Source: Chara braunii (lineage: Eukaryota > Plantae > Charophyceae). From it: DNA of 63,197 nucleotides. Below are positions 1 to 12,675 of this stretch, one piece after another. The first letter of the stretch is position 1; each line of letters starts with the position of its first letter. Below the pieces are notes generated by a model. It was given only the letters and a program-made list of their open reading frames with translations, was not told where the DNA came from and did not search any database. The translations under genes and the position numbers were made by a program. The stretch covers positions 8,461,063-8,524,259 of the forward strand of contig BFEA01000005.1 in assembly GCA_003427395.1 (NCBI GenBank), given 5' to 3'.

Positions 1-807
1 ACACACATGCTTTTCACAAGTTTCTCTCCGGATTCGGGCTCCTCTCAGCGAGCGCACTCCAACCCCATCTTCAAAAAAAAATAAAAAAAATTCCTGGGAT
101 GTTTTTTGGCTCGTCTGGTTTTGCCAGGCGGATCCCCCCCAGTCCGTCTGGCCCGGTCCGTCAGGCCCGGTCCGTCTGGACCGGGCGTCGGCTTAACCCA
201 GTTGTAAACTTTTTTTTTTTTTTTTTTTTGGAAAATCTCTCTTTGCAGTAAGCTTTGGGATTTGAAAATCCCAAAATCACATACTCTCATCGAAATTATT
301 CCGGATTATTGACATTTTTTTGTTAATTTGAAACTATATGAACTTGCGAAAATTATTTTTTTGCAGTTCGAACATTATTCTTTGTTTTTGTTAATCGTTT
401 GCAGTCTGAAATTCAGAATTTTTTTAATTTTTTTTCGGATTTATATTTCTGGGGATCGGGAGACCTACAGAACTTGCAATTTTATTTTTTTTACCTTCCT
501 CAATTTTTTTACAACAAAGTTTAAATTTCAAACTTTTCAATTTCATTATTGGCTCCTTATCTGGGTGACCATTGTGACCCCATGGGGTAGGGAAGTGCTA
601 GGGCATTGCATTCCCCCTCTCCCACCCACCTCTTCTACAAGTTCTACGTTGTTGTGTTCTCTCGACCCCCCCCCCCCATCTTCTTCCTTCCCGACGACAT
701 TGGTAGGTTGCCACGTCAGCACAGACTCAGCAGGCCATGTCAACGGCGACACGTCAGCCGACAGTCGTGCCACATTAGCAGCCAGTCAGTGCCAAGTCCT
801 GCGGCTT

Positions 808-2330
808 ATGCTATCAGTCACCCCCTCACAGATGGTCGACATGGACCAGAAGCAAGGGGAAACCGATGAGGCCTATGAGGCCCGTGTATTGGCCCAACAA
901 GCTGAATGGAAGAAGCAGGCGGAGGCGGCCACAACCGCACGGAAGAAGAGGGAGGAGGAGGCACAAGAACAGCGTCGCCTCGATGAGCAACAGCGATTGG
1001 AGGACGCAGACGCAGCAAAGAAGGCTGCAGGCCAACAACGTCGAGTACGCCAAGACACACTCTTCGAAAACGAGGGGGAGCTCGAGGTACTAGTCGGCGA
1101 GTGCCAGAGAAGATGAAGCATCCGACGTTGTGCGCGACATCGCAACCGCATTTAAACATGTGACCGATGTGGTCGCCACATGCACAGCTCAGCAAGAGCA
1201 CATTCTCTGCATCGACACACTGGTCAAACTGTAGGCTGAGCTCATCAACGACCTGTTGGACCGTGTGCGCAGGCTGGAACAGCAGTCTGCAGCAGTCACA
1301 CTCGCCGGATCCTCCGACTTCAGTGATCGCATCAACTCTCTTAAACATGAGGTAGGTACCTTAATGGACGACGTTCCACAACAACAAGCAACAAATCAGC
1401 AGTTTGCACAACAGATCTGTGCAGCAACCGCCAGTCCTACCACGTCACCTTGTGAGAGCATCCCGATGTTCGATGGCCTCCCGATCTTCTGCGATGCCAC
1501 GAAGACCGAGCCTATTCCTTAGTTTCATCAGTTTGAACTTAAACTGGAAATCCATCAGACCCGTGACGCCAGCCGACATATGTATTTATACTCATGATCA
1601 GGCGGCGTGTGCCAAGCCTGGTTGGACAACATGCTGTCCACGCACAAGGTTGCCGTGTCCGAGCTGCACACGAAGATCAGCTGGGCTAATCTCAAGGCAG
1701 CATGGCACAAGCGGTTCCAAGTGGAGCCGCCCAAGCTTCAGGAAATGGAGAAAACCAAAATTTCCATCAGAACACTTTGCCAAGCACGGACTACATTACC
1801 GAGTACCAGCGCTTGACGTCCACGTCCGACTTGCCGCTCGCCTTTTTGGGCATCAAGCATCTCTTCATCACGAGGTCGTGTCAGGCGTTGCAAAATGCAT
1901 TGACGCAGGTCGCGGAGACGCTCTCCACAAGTGAGCTATTATTCGACAAGGGCTCGCAGATTATTCTGACGACTACGGATGCCAAGAACGTCGACTCTTC
2001 GTCTTCAGCAGGCCAGGGTTGAGATCAACATCGGCCGAAAGTGGTCGTGGTCCCGACAACAACGCCAACCGACACTTCTAACGAGGCTATTTCTTCTGGC
2101 GAGGGAGACTGATTAGCAGCCACCCAGGTTGGTGGCCGCCTTGCCAACAAACGAGGACACGACAAATCGAAGACTACCACCGCTCCAAGCCCCGGGCCCA
2201 GCGCAGAAGCTCAAGAACCTTGGACAAGCTACGGTCTCTCAGAAGGCGTGTACAAGATACACACGAGATATCGATATTGCTTGTGGTGCAATAGTGACCT
2301 CCACGAGATGGTCTGCTGTCCCACAAGAGC
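808..2330 (+). pseudogene. gag: gag remnant (coiled-coil N-terminus, capsid-like region, CCHC knuckle)
   Basis: Charged coiled-coil ORF; WLDNMLS...WANLKAAWHKRF segment; CLWCNSDLHEMVCC (CX2CX4HX4C) at ~2278-2322; broken frames. Confidence 0.75.
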
Positions 2331-2849
2331 CAAGGGGAAGTCCTAGTCTGGAAAGTGAGCACCGCCGAGAGTGATGCGACGACACTCTCGACGCCTTTGG
2401 AACCGGTTGCTGCGCGAGCAACCTCCCTTAGTTATGAGGCACATGAGGAAGTCATAAGTCCTCCCATTCCTTATTCTTACGAGGATTATGCTGCCCGCCT
2501 CGTTCCTTCACTGGGTTCTCAAGCTCAAGGACAAGATGTGTGTGCAGTTCATCTCCATCCGAAAGCAGCGACATTTTATCGTCTTCAAGTGGTTCTTCAA
2601 GGGATTCGGCGCGCGAGTTCAACATAGAGGTCTTGGACCCGCTGACATTCGAGGATTTCGCATGGCTTCCTCTCCCTTCCACAGGTTGCTTTCCGGAACC
2701 GCAATGCGCAGCACTATGCGCCCATCTCCACACATACTTAACCTGCTATGCACCACCAACTTCGCTGACGGATGATGAAGTTGCGGTGAACGATCTCCTT
2801 GCGTATGTTACCAAGGGTGGCCAGCGAGTTTCGCATGCAGCGGTACAAT

Positions 2850-4399
2850 GACAACAACGCACTACTCCTCTATGTCCGCATCCAAGTTGGGCAAGCGCCT
2901 CGCAGTGCTTCGCTGGATAGAGGCGCGACTCACAACTCGCAACTTCATGAGCCAGTTCTTTATACAAAGGGTCGATCGGACGCAACAACTCCTTGATCAC
3001 TACTTAGAGGCTGTACTCATGCATGCGGGCCGATGACATTTGACGTCTTGGACAAGGACGTCAACATCATTTTGAGGATGCCTTGTCTTGCAAGTGCGGA
3101 TCACACGGACAACTTCCATCGGCAGACACTTACCGTTCGTGACGCCTTTGGCGCCGAGGTGTCGTGTATTATCCCTCTTCAGCACCCTTCGATCCGGTGC
3201 CGAGCTGTGACGACCAAGTCTTTTCGAGCCACATGTGCTTACGAGCGGACCGACGAGATTGACCTATGTTTTCTTCGAAGCGCCGCAGTACCCGACTCTT
3301 CACCCACTGACTTATCTTCGGACACCCGTGTGGTGCGGTTGCTTGACGAGTTCGCCGACATCTTTGAGTCTCCTACCGGTGTGGTGCCGGATCGACCAAT
3401 CTCCCATGAGATCATTCTTGAGGCTGGTGTCGTATCGCCAAAGAGATGCATCTATCGCATGAGCGAGGAAGAGCTCTCGTTTCTTCGCGCGCAACTTGAT
3501 AACTTGCTGGAGAAGGGTAGGATCTGCCCTAGTAGCTCACCATGTGGTACGCCAATTCTCTTCGTACGGAAGAAGAACAAGAATTTTCGCTTGTGCATCA
3601 ACTATCACAAGCTCAACGCACAAACTGTCAAGAATGCGGGGCCTTTTCCTCGTATCGATGATCTTCTTGAGCGTTTGGGTGGCGCAAAGTATTTTCGAAA
3701 GTTGGATTTGAAGTCGGTCTATCGCCAGATTTCGATACGCTCGCAATATTGCTACAAATCCGTGTTCAAGACGCGATACGGGCATTTTGAGTGAGTGGTC
3801 ATACAACTCGTACCTTTTGGCTTCACCAATGTCCCGACGACTTTTCAAACGGTGATGACCAACGAGTTTCGTGCAATGTTGGACCGGTTTGTGCTGGTCT
3901 ACTTGGATGACATTCTCGTCTATAGCCGGATATTGTAGGATTATCTGGCATCTGGAGCATCTTCCACGCGTGTTGGAGATGCTCCGTCACACCAAGTACA
4001 AAGCCAACCGCGACAAGTGCGAATTCGTACGACAAGAGTTGTAGTACTTGGGTCATTTTTTTGTCACACCGGACTACTGTCGACGTTTTATTAAAAGCCA
4101 TGCGAAGATCTCAGCCAGTTTGACCAAGCTTCAATGCGAGGATCGGTCGGTCAACTTCGACGACCATGCACGGGTTCTTTTTTTGAGCCTCAAAGTCGCT
4201 TTGCTATCGGCAGAGGTCTTGTGTATCTACGACCCACTTTTGCCGACACGTGTCCCTACCGATGCGTCTGGCTATGGCATTGGTGTCGTCCACGAGCAAC
4301 ACGATGGTGTAGATTGGCACCCAGTTGAATACCTTAGCATTCTTAGCAAGAAGGTGTCCGTCGTGCACTCGATTGACGATGTACGGGAGGAGTTTTTGA
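2850..4399 (+). pseudogene. pol: pol 5' part: aspartic protease, RT, N-half of RNase H
   Basis: SLDRGATHN (LDSGAT-like); FPRIDDLLERL; FKTRYGHFE; LVYLDDILVYS at ~3895-3925; TDASGYGIG. Confidence 0.92.
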
Positions 4400-4852
4400 T
4401 TACGTGACACCTGCGGCCTAGGTCGCGGGCAATTCGGCTGCCGCGGCCGAAAAAGTCGATCGTGGTCACGGCCAATGAGGCCCGGTTCACGGCCTGGTTT
4501 TTTAATATTTTTTTAATACCCCTAAAAATATGTAAACGACAAATAAAAAAATATAGGGTTGTAGGGCTTGGAAAATCCTACAATATCATATTTTTTATTT
4601 TGGAATCCAACTTCGTTTAAGATTTAAAAAAAATGCAAAACGAAATTTAATTTAAACAAATTACTATAAAAAAAAAAATGAAAAGTAGGATTTTTTTTTT
4701 CCATTTTTTATCATGAGGGACATGGTCGCTGATTTGTCCTGTATTTTTTGAGATTTTTTTTTCGGGTTTGTGTTGGGAAATTTGGTGTTTAAAAAAAAAA
4801 AAAAATGCAAAAATTGAAAACAAATAAAGAAAAAAAGGGTCAGGTTGGGGTT

Positions 4853-4876
4853 GGTGTGTGTGTGTGTGTGTCCTCT

Positions 4877-4930
<54 letters not shown>

Positions 4931-5451
4931 NNNNNNNNNNNNNNNNNNNNNNNNNNNNNNNNNNNNNNNNNNNNNNNNNNNNNNNNNNNNNNNNNNNNNN
5001 NNNNNNNNNNNNNNNNNNNNNNNNNNNNNNNNNNNNNNNNNNNNNNNNNNNNNNNNNNNNNNNNNNNNNNNNNNNNNNNNNNNNNNNNNNNNNNNNNNNN
5101 NNNNNNNNNNNNNNNNNNNNNNNNNNNNNNNNNNNNNNNNNNNNNNNNNNNNNNNNNNNNNNNNNNNNNNNNNNNNNNNNNNNNNNNNNNNNNNNNNNNN
5201 NNNNNNNNNNNNNNNNNNNNNNNNNNNNNNNNNNNNNNNNNNNNNNNNNNNNNNNNNNNNNNNNNNNNNNNNNNNNNNNNNNNNNNNNNNNNNNNNNNNN
5301 NNNNNNNNNNNNNNNNNNNNNNNNNNNNNNNNNNNNNNNNNNNNNNNNNNNNNNNNNNNNNNNNNNNNNNNNNNNNNNNNNNNNNNNNNNNNNNNNNNNN
5401 NNNNNNNNNNNNNNNNNNNNNNNNNNNNNNNNNNNNNNNNNNNNNNNNNNN

Positions 5452-5491
<40 letters not shown>
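4853..5491. repeat. (TG)n microsatellite spanning an N-gap
   Basis: Seen directly in the sequence. Confidence 0.95.
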
Positions 5492-5492
<1 letters not shown>

Positions 5493-5497
5493 TGATG

Positions 5498-5542
5498 TGT
5501 GTGAACACATTGTGGACACTTCAACACGTAACAAATATGCAC
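5498..5542 (-). pseudogene. Possible GIY-YIG endonuclease N-terminal fragment (Penelope-like)
   Basis: ICYVLKCPQCVHT resembles the 'IY.i.C..C...YIG' start. It lies ~480 nt downstream of a hammerhead on the same strand and is cut off by (CA)n. Confidence 0.4.
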
Positions 5543-6022
5543 TCCGATCCATCGTCAGTGATCAGGGTAAAGTTCCCAAGATGTTTCCTCCAACCATACT
5601 CAAACAACCAAGACATGGTTTTCCCCGAGGACTAGACTCAACATGACCTCCCTAAGATGTGTTCCAACGCTTCACAGTCAAGTGCACTCACAAGCAAAAG
5701 ACATCGAGTGCCCACAACGTAGATACTAAAGATACAACGGCTAGAGGGCACGGGGGAGGCAGGAGGGCAGACAACGCGCAAGCACACCAGCAGGCAAAGT
5801 CCCAAAAGGATGCCAAGACCAGACAGACAAGGAAAACATCAGAGCAAAGCAAGCAAAAGGACATCAAGGCAAAGGCTGGAGGGCACGAGGCAGGCGGGAG
5901 GGCAGACAACATGCAAGAACACGAAACAGGCACACAAGCACACGAAGGCAGACAAACCGAAAAAAATACAAGTCCCAAGTAAATCAGAAGACCGAAAAAA
6001 AAAAAAAAATTGATGATGACAA

Positions 6023-6078
6023 AGATTGTTTCGTCGGAATTGCACCGACTCATCAGGCGGCTGAACCCTCGACAATCT
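6023..6078 (-). ncRNA. Type III hammerhead ribozyme, intact core
   Basis: Minus strand reads AGAUUG-UC^-GAGG guucag CCGC-CUGAUGA-GUCGG ugcaauu CCGAC-GAA-ACAAUCU. Stem III is 7 bp, stem II 5 bp, stem I has one mismatch. Confidence 0.85.
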
Positions 6079-7000
6079 GCAAAAAGCCTGTATTGATGGT
6101 TTGGGTCATGCACCGTTTGACCCTTGTTGAAGGCAGACTGTCCCCAAGTGGAACATAGCAGCGGGCAGCAACCCTGCGGAGCACCAGGCAACGCAGTAGA
6201 GGCAACACGGCTGCACAACGTCAAAGACGACTTCAAGGAAAAACTTGGCATGCAGGACTCGCAGCACAGCAACCAAGCAGTGAAGCACCAGGCAACACCA
6301 CCAAGACAACCACACTGCATGGGACGACAGGGCGAGCGGACACGCAGCAGAGCAACCATGTTGTGAAGCACAAGGCAACGCCAACACGTGCAACCGAACT
6401 ACGCGACACGCAAGCAAAGGACACAAAAGGCTAGCCCTGTGGAAGGGCGGCGAGGCAACGGAGCAGCGAAGTGCAAGGCAACACCACAACCCAGCCACAC
6501 CACACAGCGAAGACAGCAGCTTGCCAAGAACGACCTGCGACGCAAGCGGGACGGGCAGCAAGGCAGTGGCGGAGGGCAGACGAGGCCGTCCACACATCCT
6601 ACATGGAGCAAAGCAGCACATCACCTACTCACATCACGGGTGAACCCCACAGACTGTTGGTTCCCACCACTCACTGAGCCAGGGAAACACTCCGACGAGC
6701 ATTCGTCATCACCTACAGGCAACACAGACAACCCGAACTGAGCGGCCCCCATAAGAGTGCAGTAGGCACTCCAAATGAGGAACCACCGACTGTTTGGCAC
6801 CACTTAAGGGTGCTCAGTTTGGGCAAGCAAAAACACTTAGAAAAAGATCAGGGGGAGGACNNNNNNNNNNNNNNNNNNNNNNNNNNNNNNNNNNNNNNNN
6901 NNNNNNNNNNNNNNNNNNNNNNNNNNNNNNNNNNNNNNNNNNNNNNNNNNNNNNNNNNNNGTCCATGTGTCGGGGGGAGGGGAGGGAGGACCCCTCCCCC

Positions 7001-7041
<41 letters not shown>

Positions 7042-7178
7042 CCAACCAATCAATCAATCAATCAAACAATCAATCAATCAATCAATCAATAAAAAAACAT
7101 TCAATCAATAAAAATAAAAATAAAATCAATTTTTAAAATTTTTTTTGCCACTTCCCCAAAGCCCCCCCCCCTAAATTT

Positions 7179-7222
<44 letters not shown>

Positions 7223-7366
7223 TACAGGGTGGCAGTGGCCGACGTGCGGAGGCGGGGCGCGTGCACCCCCACCTGGCCCTGTTGTGGCCGCGAGTAAACT
7301 CGGTCGTGCAGCCTTGGCCGCGGGCCCGCGGCCGGCCTCCTCGGCCACGTCGAAGGGGTCACGTAG

Positions 7367-9110
7367 GTTTTTGACCTTCATACACGGGCTTAAGCGGTGG
7401 CAGCATTTTTTTCTCGGTCGAAGTCAATTCCGATGGGGAATGGATGAAAGTTCGTTGGTCCTCTACAAAACCCAAGACACGGTCAATAGCACCATCACCC
7501 GTTGGATGGCCTTCATCAACTAGTTTGACTTCTTCGCTGATCACATTCTGGGAAAGTCAAACTGTTTTGCGGATGCTCTTTCACGATGTCTGGACCATTG
7601 TACCGCAGTCCACTCGACTTTCGAGATTGATGACGACTTGTGGGACAGCTTCATCCGCGGCTACCAAGCCAACCTCGAGTTTTGCGATAAGTACGTGAAT
7701 TGCTCCTCTCCAAATCCGGCGCCATCGCATTATCGGATCCAAGAGGGATATTTGCTCGTCCACTCGCGGGGGAAGGATCTTCTTTGTGTGCCAAGTGATT
7801 CACACTTGTGTATGCGGCTTCTTGGCGAGTTCCACGATGCTCCCGCCATCGGACACTTTGGCGCCAGTCGTACGACTAGTCGACTTCGTAAGCACTTTTG
7901 GCAGTCCGGCCTTCTCAGCGACATCACACACTATTGCGAGTCATGTGAGGATTGTCAACGTTGCAAATCCCGCAATCATTGTCCGTACGGCGAGTTGCGA
8001 CCATTATCGGTCCCCTTGCGACCAAGGGAAGTGATTGCCATTGACATCACAGCGTCGCTCCCCAAGCACAAGACCGGTGTGGATGAGATTCTCACGGTGG
8101 TCGATCGACTCACGAAGTTTGCCATGTATTTGCCTTGCCGCTATCACGCCAAGGCACCGGAGTTGGCCGAGGTTCTTTACGCTGGTTGGATTCAAACCAA
8201 GGGTTACCCCAAGGAGATTATTTGCGACTGCGACACTCAGTTCGTGTCCAATTTTTGGTAGACACTCGTCAAACGATGGACTCATCTCTCAAACCGAGTT
8301 CGGTTCACCACCCCCAAACCGATGGCCAAACGGAGAGGGCGCATCAGACCGCACAAGTTCTTCTTCCCACTCTCATCTATTACAGCCGAAAGGATTTGGT
8401 TGAGCGTCTGCTGGATGTCGAGTTGGCATACAACTTGTCCATTCATCCGGTTATCGGGATGTCTTCCTTTGAGTTCGAGTATGGTTCGCCCGTCACTTCT
8501 CCGTTGGACACGATTATCCCACGGGCCACCGAGAGCGACGGCCACCTTCTCTTTATTCGTTGTATGCAAGAGCTTCTTGTCAAGCCATGCAACCAGATGT
8601 TGAAGACCCAACAATGTATGAGCCAACAGGTGAATCGCCAGCATCTTCCTTGTCCATTCCGCATCGGCGACCTCGTACGGGCCTCCACCGCGGAGTTCAA
8701 CCTCGAGCAAGATATCTCTCGCAAGCTCCTTCTGAAATGGATGGGGCCCTGGCCCATTGTGACACCTGCTGGGGATGCACCCGAAGCGCCTTCATTTGTC
8801 ATTCAGATGCCTGCCCCACTTGCCCATCTACCCGGTATTTCATTGCTCTAAGTTAGCTCTGTTCGTTTCAGCGGAACACGTCGACTTTCCAGGAGGACGA
8901 TCGCAAGACCCACCCTCCATGGACGGTTTTCAGGAGGTTGGCGATATTTTCTCCCAGTGACGTTACGGAAACAGGCCGACAAAGTACTTGGTACATTTTT
9001 CCTATTGCATCCATAAGGTTGACCGTTGGTTGACCCACGCGGAACTTCAGGCAACAGTCTCCAACGTTCTCACACGTTACGAACGCAAGTTACAAGGCAA
9101 GTCAGTAGCT
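7367..9110 (+). pseudogene. pol: pol 3' part: RNase H C-half, integrase (HHCC, DDE, GPY/F) and chromodomain
   Basis: FHDAPAIGHFG...CEDC; VVDRLTK; HPQTDGQTER; KWMGPW; chromodomain-like QEVGDIFSQ*RYGNRPTKYLVHFSYC...DRWLTHAEL at ~8930-9080. Confidence 0.9.
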
Positions 9111-9202
9111 TCGGCTCCACACTGTACTCACGTCCAGGTTCCACCATCGGATCGTTAGCTTCACCCTCGCCCCAGCTTGACTTCCTAAGGGGGGGGGGGG
9201 GG

Positions 9203-10110
9203 TGTTACATGTTGAGCCTGCACACAGGCCCCATTTCAGGGGCCGACGATTGTTGAGCGACCCCTAGGCCGCACACCCTTCGGACGCGCTCCTTGGAGGC
9301 CCATGGCGACCCTTAGGCCGCAGGTATCGTTTTGAGACAACATTTGTTTATTTATTTGTTGTCCTATTTTTGTCTTTTCAAAAGTCATTTCTGACTTGCA
9401 GTTCCCAAGGCAGTGCCTTGAGTTGGGTACACCTGGAGGTGGGCCTCCGCTGTCCGGGTACAGCCTTTACAGGGTCTAGACGTTCGGCCGGAACCCAAAC
9501 CCTATAGGCCCACGTTTTGGGCACAGGTCGGTAGGCACAAAGAGGCAAACCGGTCGGCCTAGCGATGCATATAGCTGGGCCACATTGAGGGCAGACACAC
9601 AGTTCGAGTAGCTCACTTCTTGGGCGACACGCTGCCGAGCCAGCACTACAGCGCTACGTCGTTACACTGGAGTAGAGGAAAGGTGTAGGTAGGCAGAGGG
9701 GCGGAGTCCATACTTGCACCGCCGCCATAGTTGGGGTCTACATGGCAACCTGCACATGATGACGACGACAACAGTCAGTCTATGGCGGCAGTTACCTGCA
9801 GGTGATGTGGAAGAACTGTAAGCGCGCTACGCAGCTAGAATATTATTTTGCCCCACATAGTAAACAAGGCAGCACAACGCCACCCACCGTAGCAATGTGT
9901 TGCGTAGTTCTGAAGACAGGAACAGGACCGTCGCCAGTGGGACTTATCCCCTGGGGCCATGCCCCACTTGTCGAGGTTTGGTTCTAGTTTCAAGTATGCA
10001 GGGCTCCCTACCATCCGATCTGAAAATTCCACGGCCACAGTGTGACCACGTTGAAAAATACGCGAAACATAAACTAAGCCCCCGCTAGTGGGAAATGGGC
10101 CCCGGTAACG
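9203..10110 (+). repeat. 3' LTR of gypsy element 1 (end approximate)
   Basis: Starts with TGTTAC right after the PPT; GGTAAC(g) at ~10104-10110 is a candidate inverted end. Confidence 0.55.
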
Positions 10111-10844
10111 TGTCAAATCCACAAAAAAAAAAGAAAAGTTGCCCAAACGCGTCGCACCCGTACATAGCACCCCCCAAAAATAACAACTGCCAGATACGTA
10201 AAACAAATGGAAAATTGCAATCGTCGACTGTTTTTATTTTTTTCTGCCTACTACCGAAAAATAAAACAAACAAAGTAAAAAACGACAGACATCTACAATC
10301 GAACGATTCACCATGCGAGAAATTCATGTTGATCGATGGTGGCCTGCCAAACAAGCACTTGAGCGACGTCACGAGATGGCCCGAGAGAATGTGACAGTTC
10401 GGTAAGAAACGTCCGGGGTCGATTCCTTGCCAACGATCATGTGAATCGGACGGCTCCTTCCCACTTTCCAGTCGTGGGTCGGCGCGCAGCTAGCCACGGT
10501 CCTCCCCCCTGAGGCTGATACGTGTTAAGGGGTAGCATATATATATTACCTAAACGCCCGCGATGTGGGCCATGCCTGCAAAAATACGAAATGTTGTAGG
10601 CAACCTTACATGGACCACTCGCATAAACTAAGACAGACTTAAAAATAAAAAAAAATAAAAATAAAATAAAAATAAAAATAAATAAAAATAAAAATTAAAA
10701 AAAAACGAATCACAGGGTAATAAAGAATAGCCTAAAACTGGCTACAAAGTCTAAGTTTAATTGACAAATAACTTAGCGCCGCGGTGTGGGCGGTGCAGGT
10801 TACACTCGCAACCAAAACTACCGAAACGGTGAAGAAAGTATCAT

Positions 10845-12560
10845 AGAGTAGAGGAGAATGTCGTGTCATAGAGTGTCGTAAAGTGTCGTAGAGTGTCGTA
10901 GAGTAGAATACAGTCCAGTATAGTAGAGTATTGTAGAGTAGAGTGTCACACAGTAGAGTAGAGTAGAGTGTCACACAGTAGACTCTGTGTAGAGTAGAGT
11001 CTCGTTGTGTGTCATAGAGTGTCGTAGAGTAGAGTGTTGTAGACAGTGTCGTAAAGTGTCGCAGAGTAGAGTAGAGTAGAGTAGAGTAGAGTAGAGTAGA
11101 GTAGAGTAGAGTAGAGTAGAGTTGAGTACAGCACAGTACAGTATAGTACAGTACAGTACAATAGAGTAGAGTAGAGTAGAGCAGAGTGTCACAGAGTTAA
11201 GTGGAGTACGACATAGTACCATAGAGAAAAGTAGACTATAGTACAGTACAGTACAGTACAGTAGAGTACACTAGAGTACAGTAGAGTGTCATAGAGTGTC
11301 GTTGAGTAGAGTGTAGTAAAGTAGAGTAGAGTAGAGTAGAGTAGAGTAGAATGTCGTTGAGTAGAGTAGAGCAGAGTAGAGTAGAGTAGAGTAGAGTAGA
11401 GTAGAGTAGAGTAGAGTAGAGTAGAGTAGAGTAGAGTAGAGTAGAGTAGAGTAGAGTAGAGTAGAGTGTTGTAGAGTGTTGTAGAGTAGTGTAGAATAGA
11501 GTAGAGTATCGTAGAGTAGCGTGTCGTGGAGTAGAGTATAGTAGACCATCGTAGAGTAGAGTGTAATAGAGTAGAGTCGAGTAGAGTAAAGTACAGAAGA
11601 GTGTCGTAGAGTATAGTATAGTGTCATAGAGAAAGGTAGACTGTCGTACGGTAGAGTAGAGTATAGTAGAGTAGAGTAGAGTAAAGAACTGTAGAGTAGA
11701 GTAGAGTATCGTAGAGTGTCGTACGATAGAGTACGGTAGAGTGTCGTACAATACAGTAGAGTAGATTGTTGTAGAGTAGAGTCTTATAGAATAAAGAAGA
11801 GTGTCGTAGAATAGAGTGTTGTAGAGTAGTGTCGTAGAGTGGAGTAGAGTAGAGTAGTCATAGAGTTATGTACAGTAGAGTAGAGTGGTGTAGAGTGTCG
11901 TAGAGGAGAGAAAAGTAGAGTAAAGTATAATAGAGTAGAGTAGAGTAGAGTAGAGTAGAGTAGAGTAGAGTAGAGTAGAGTAGAGTAGAGTAGAGTAGAG
12001 TAGAGTTGAGTTGAGTTGAGTTGAGTAGAGTAGAGTAAAGTAGAGTAGAGTTGAGTTGAGTTGAGTAGAGTAGTGTAAACTCCGTAGAGGAGAGAAAAGT
12101 AGAGTAAAGTAGAGTAGAGTAGAGGAGAGTAGAGTAAAATACAGTAGAGGAGAGAAAAGTAGAGTAGAGTAAAGTAGAGTAGAGTAGAGTAGAGTAGAGC
12201 AGAGTAGAGTAGAGTAGAGTAGAGTAGAGTAGAGTAGAGTAAAGTAGAGTACAGTATAGTAGAGTAGAGTAGAGTAGAGTAGAGTAGAATAAAGCAGTGT
12301 AAAGTAGAGTAGAGTAGAGTAGAGTATTATAGAGTGTTGTAGAGGAGAGAAAAGTAGAGTAGAGTAGAGTAGAGTAGAGTAGAGTAGAGTAGACTAGAGT
12401 AAAGTAGAGTAGAGTAGAGTAGAGTAGAGTAAAGTAGAGTAAAGTAGAGTAAAGTAGAGTCTCATACAGTCTCGTAGAGTGTTGTATAGTAGAGTGTTGT
12501 AGAGCAGAGTACATTAGAGTAGAGTACAAAAGAGTAGAGTAGAGTAGAGTGTTATAGAGT
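10845..12560. repeat. (GTAGA)n pentanucleotide satellite, degenerate, ~1.7 kb
   Basis: Seen directly; it generates the STLLY pseudo-ORFs. Confidence 0.95.
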
Positions 12561-12618
12561 AGTTGTTCTTTTTCAAAGTTGCGGGTCAGCCCCCTAGCCC
12601 CCACACTTTGGACTGCGC

Positions 12619-12675
12619 CAGACTGTTTCGTCGGACTTTCACCTACTTATCAGGAGGTTGAACCCCGAGAGTCTG
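12619..12675 (-). ncRNA. Type III hammerhead ribozyme, degenerate (CUGAUAA)
   Basis: CAGACUc-UC-GGGG uucaa CCUC-CUGAUAA-GUaGG ugaaagu CCGAC-GAA-ACAGUCUG. Confidence 0.7.

Larger units (their letters stand above)
4400..7366. mobile_element. Non-autonomous TIR DNA element inserted in RNase H, 8-bp TSD
   Basis: GTTTTTGA at 4392-4399 and 7367-7374; termini (t)TACGTGAC...GTCACGTAG. Removing the element restores EEFLTFIHGLKRWQHFFLG. Confidence 0.9.
700..10110 (+). mobile_element. Decayed Ty3/gypsy LTR retrotransposon (chromovirus type); 5' LTR not visible
   Basis: Domain order gag-PR-RT-RH-IN-chromodomain, with frameshifts and stops. PPT (aagg+G12) at 9187-9202 is followed by an LTR starting TGTTAC at 9203. 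Both outer boundaries are approximate. Confidence 0.9.

Noticed and set aside
328-690. Hydrophobic N-terminus of ORF 328-1116
   Set aside because: T-rich non-coding sequence read through into gag.
4647-5646. Long HT/CV ORFs (also at 12.7, 13.4, 26.6, 34.5, 50.3 and 52.3 kb)
   Set aside because: Translations of dinucleotide repeats and N-gaps.
10111-10396. Small TGTCA...TGACA solo LTR
   Set aside because: No TSD and no second copy.
10545-10575. Helitron/Helentron-like end (GCCCGC..GTGGGC hairpin after a TA run)
   Set aside because: Only a short hairpin; no matching opposite end was identified.
10732-12604. STLLY-repeat ORFs
   Set aside because: Translation of the (TCTAC)n satellite.
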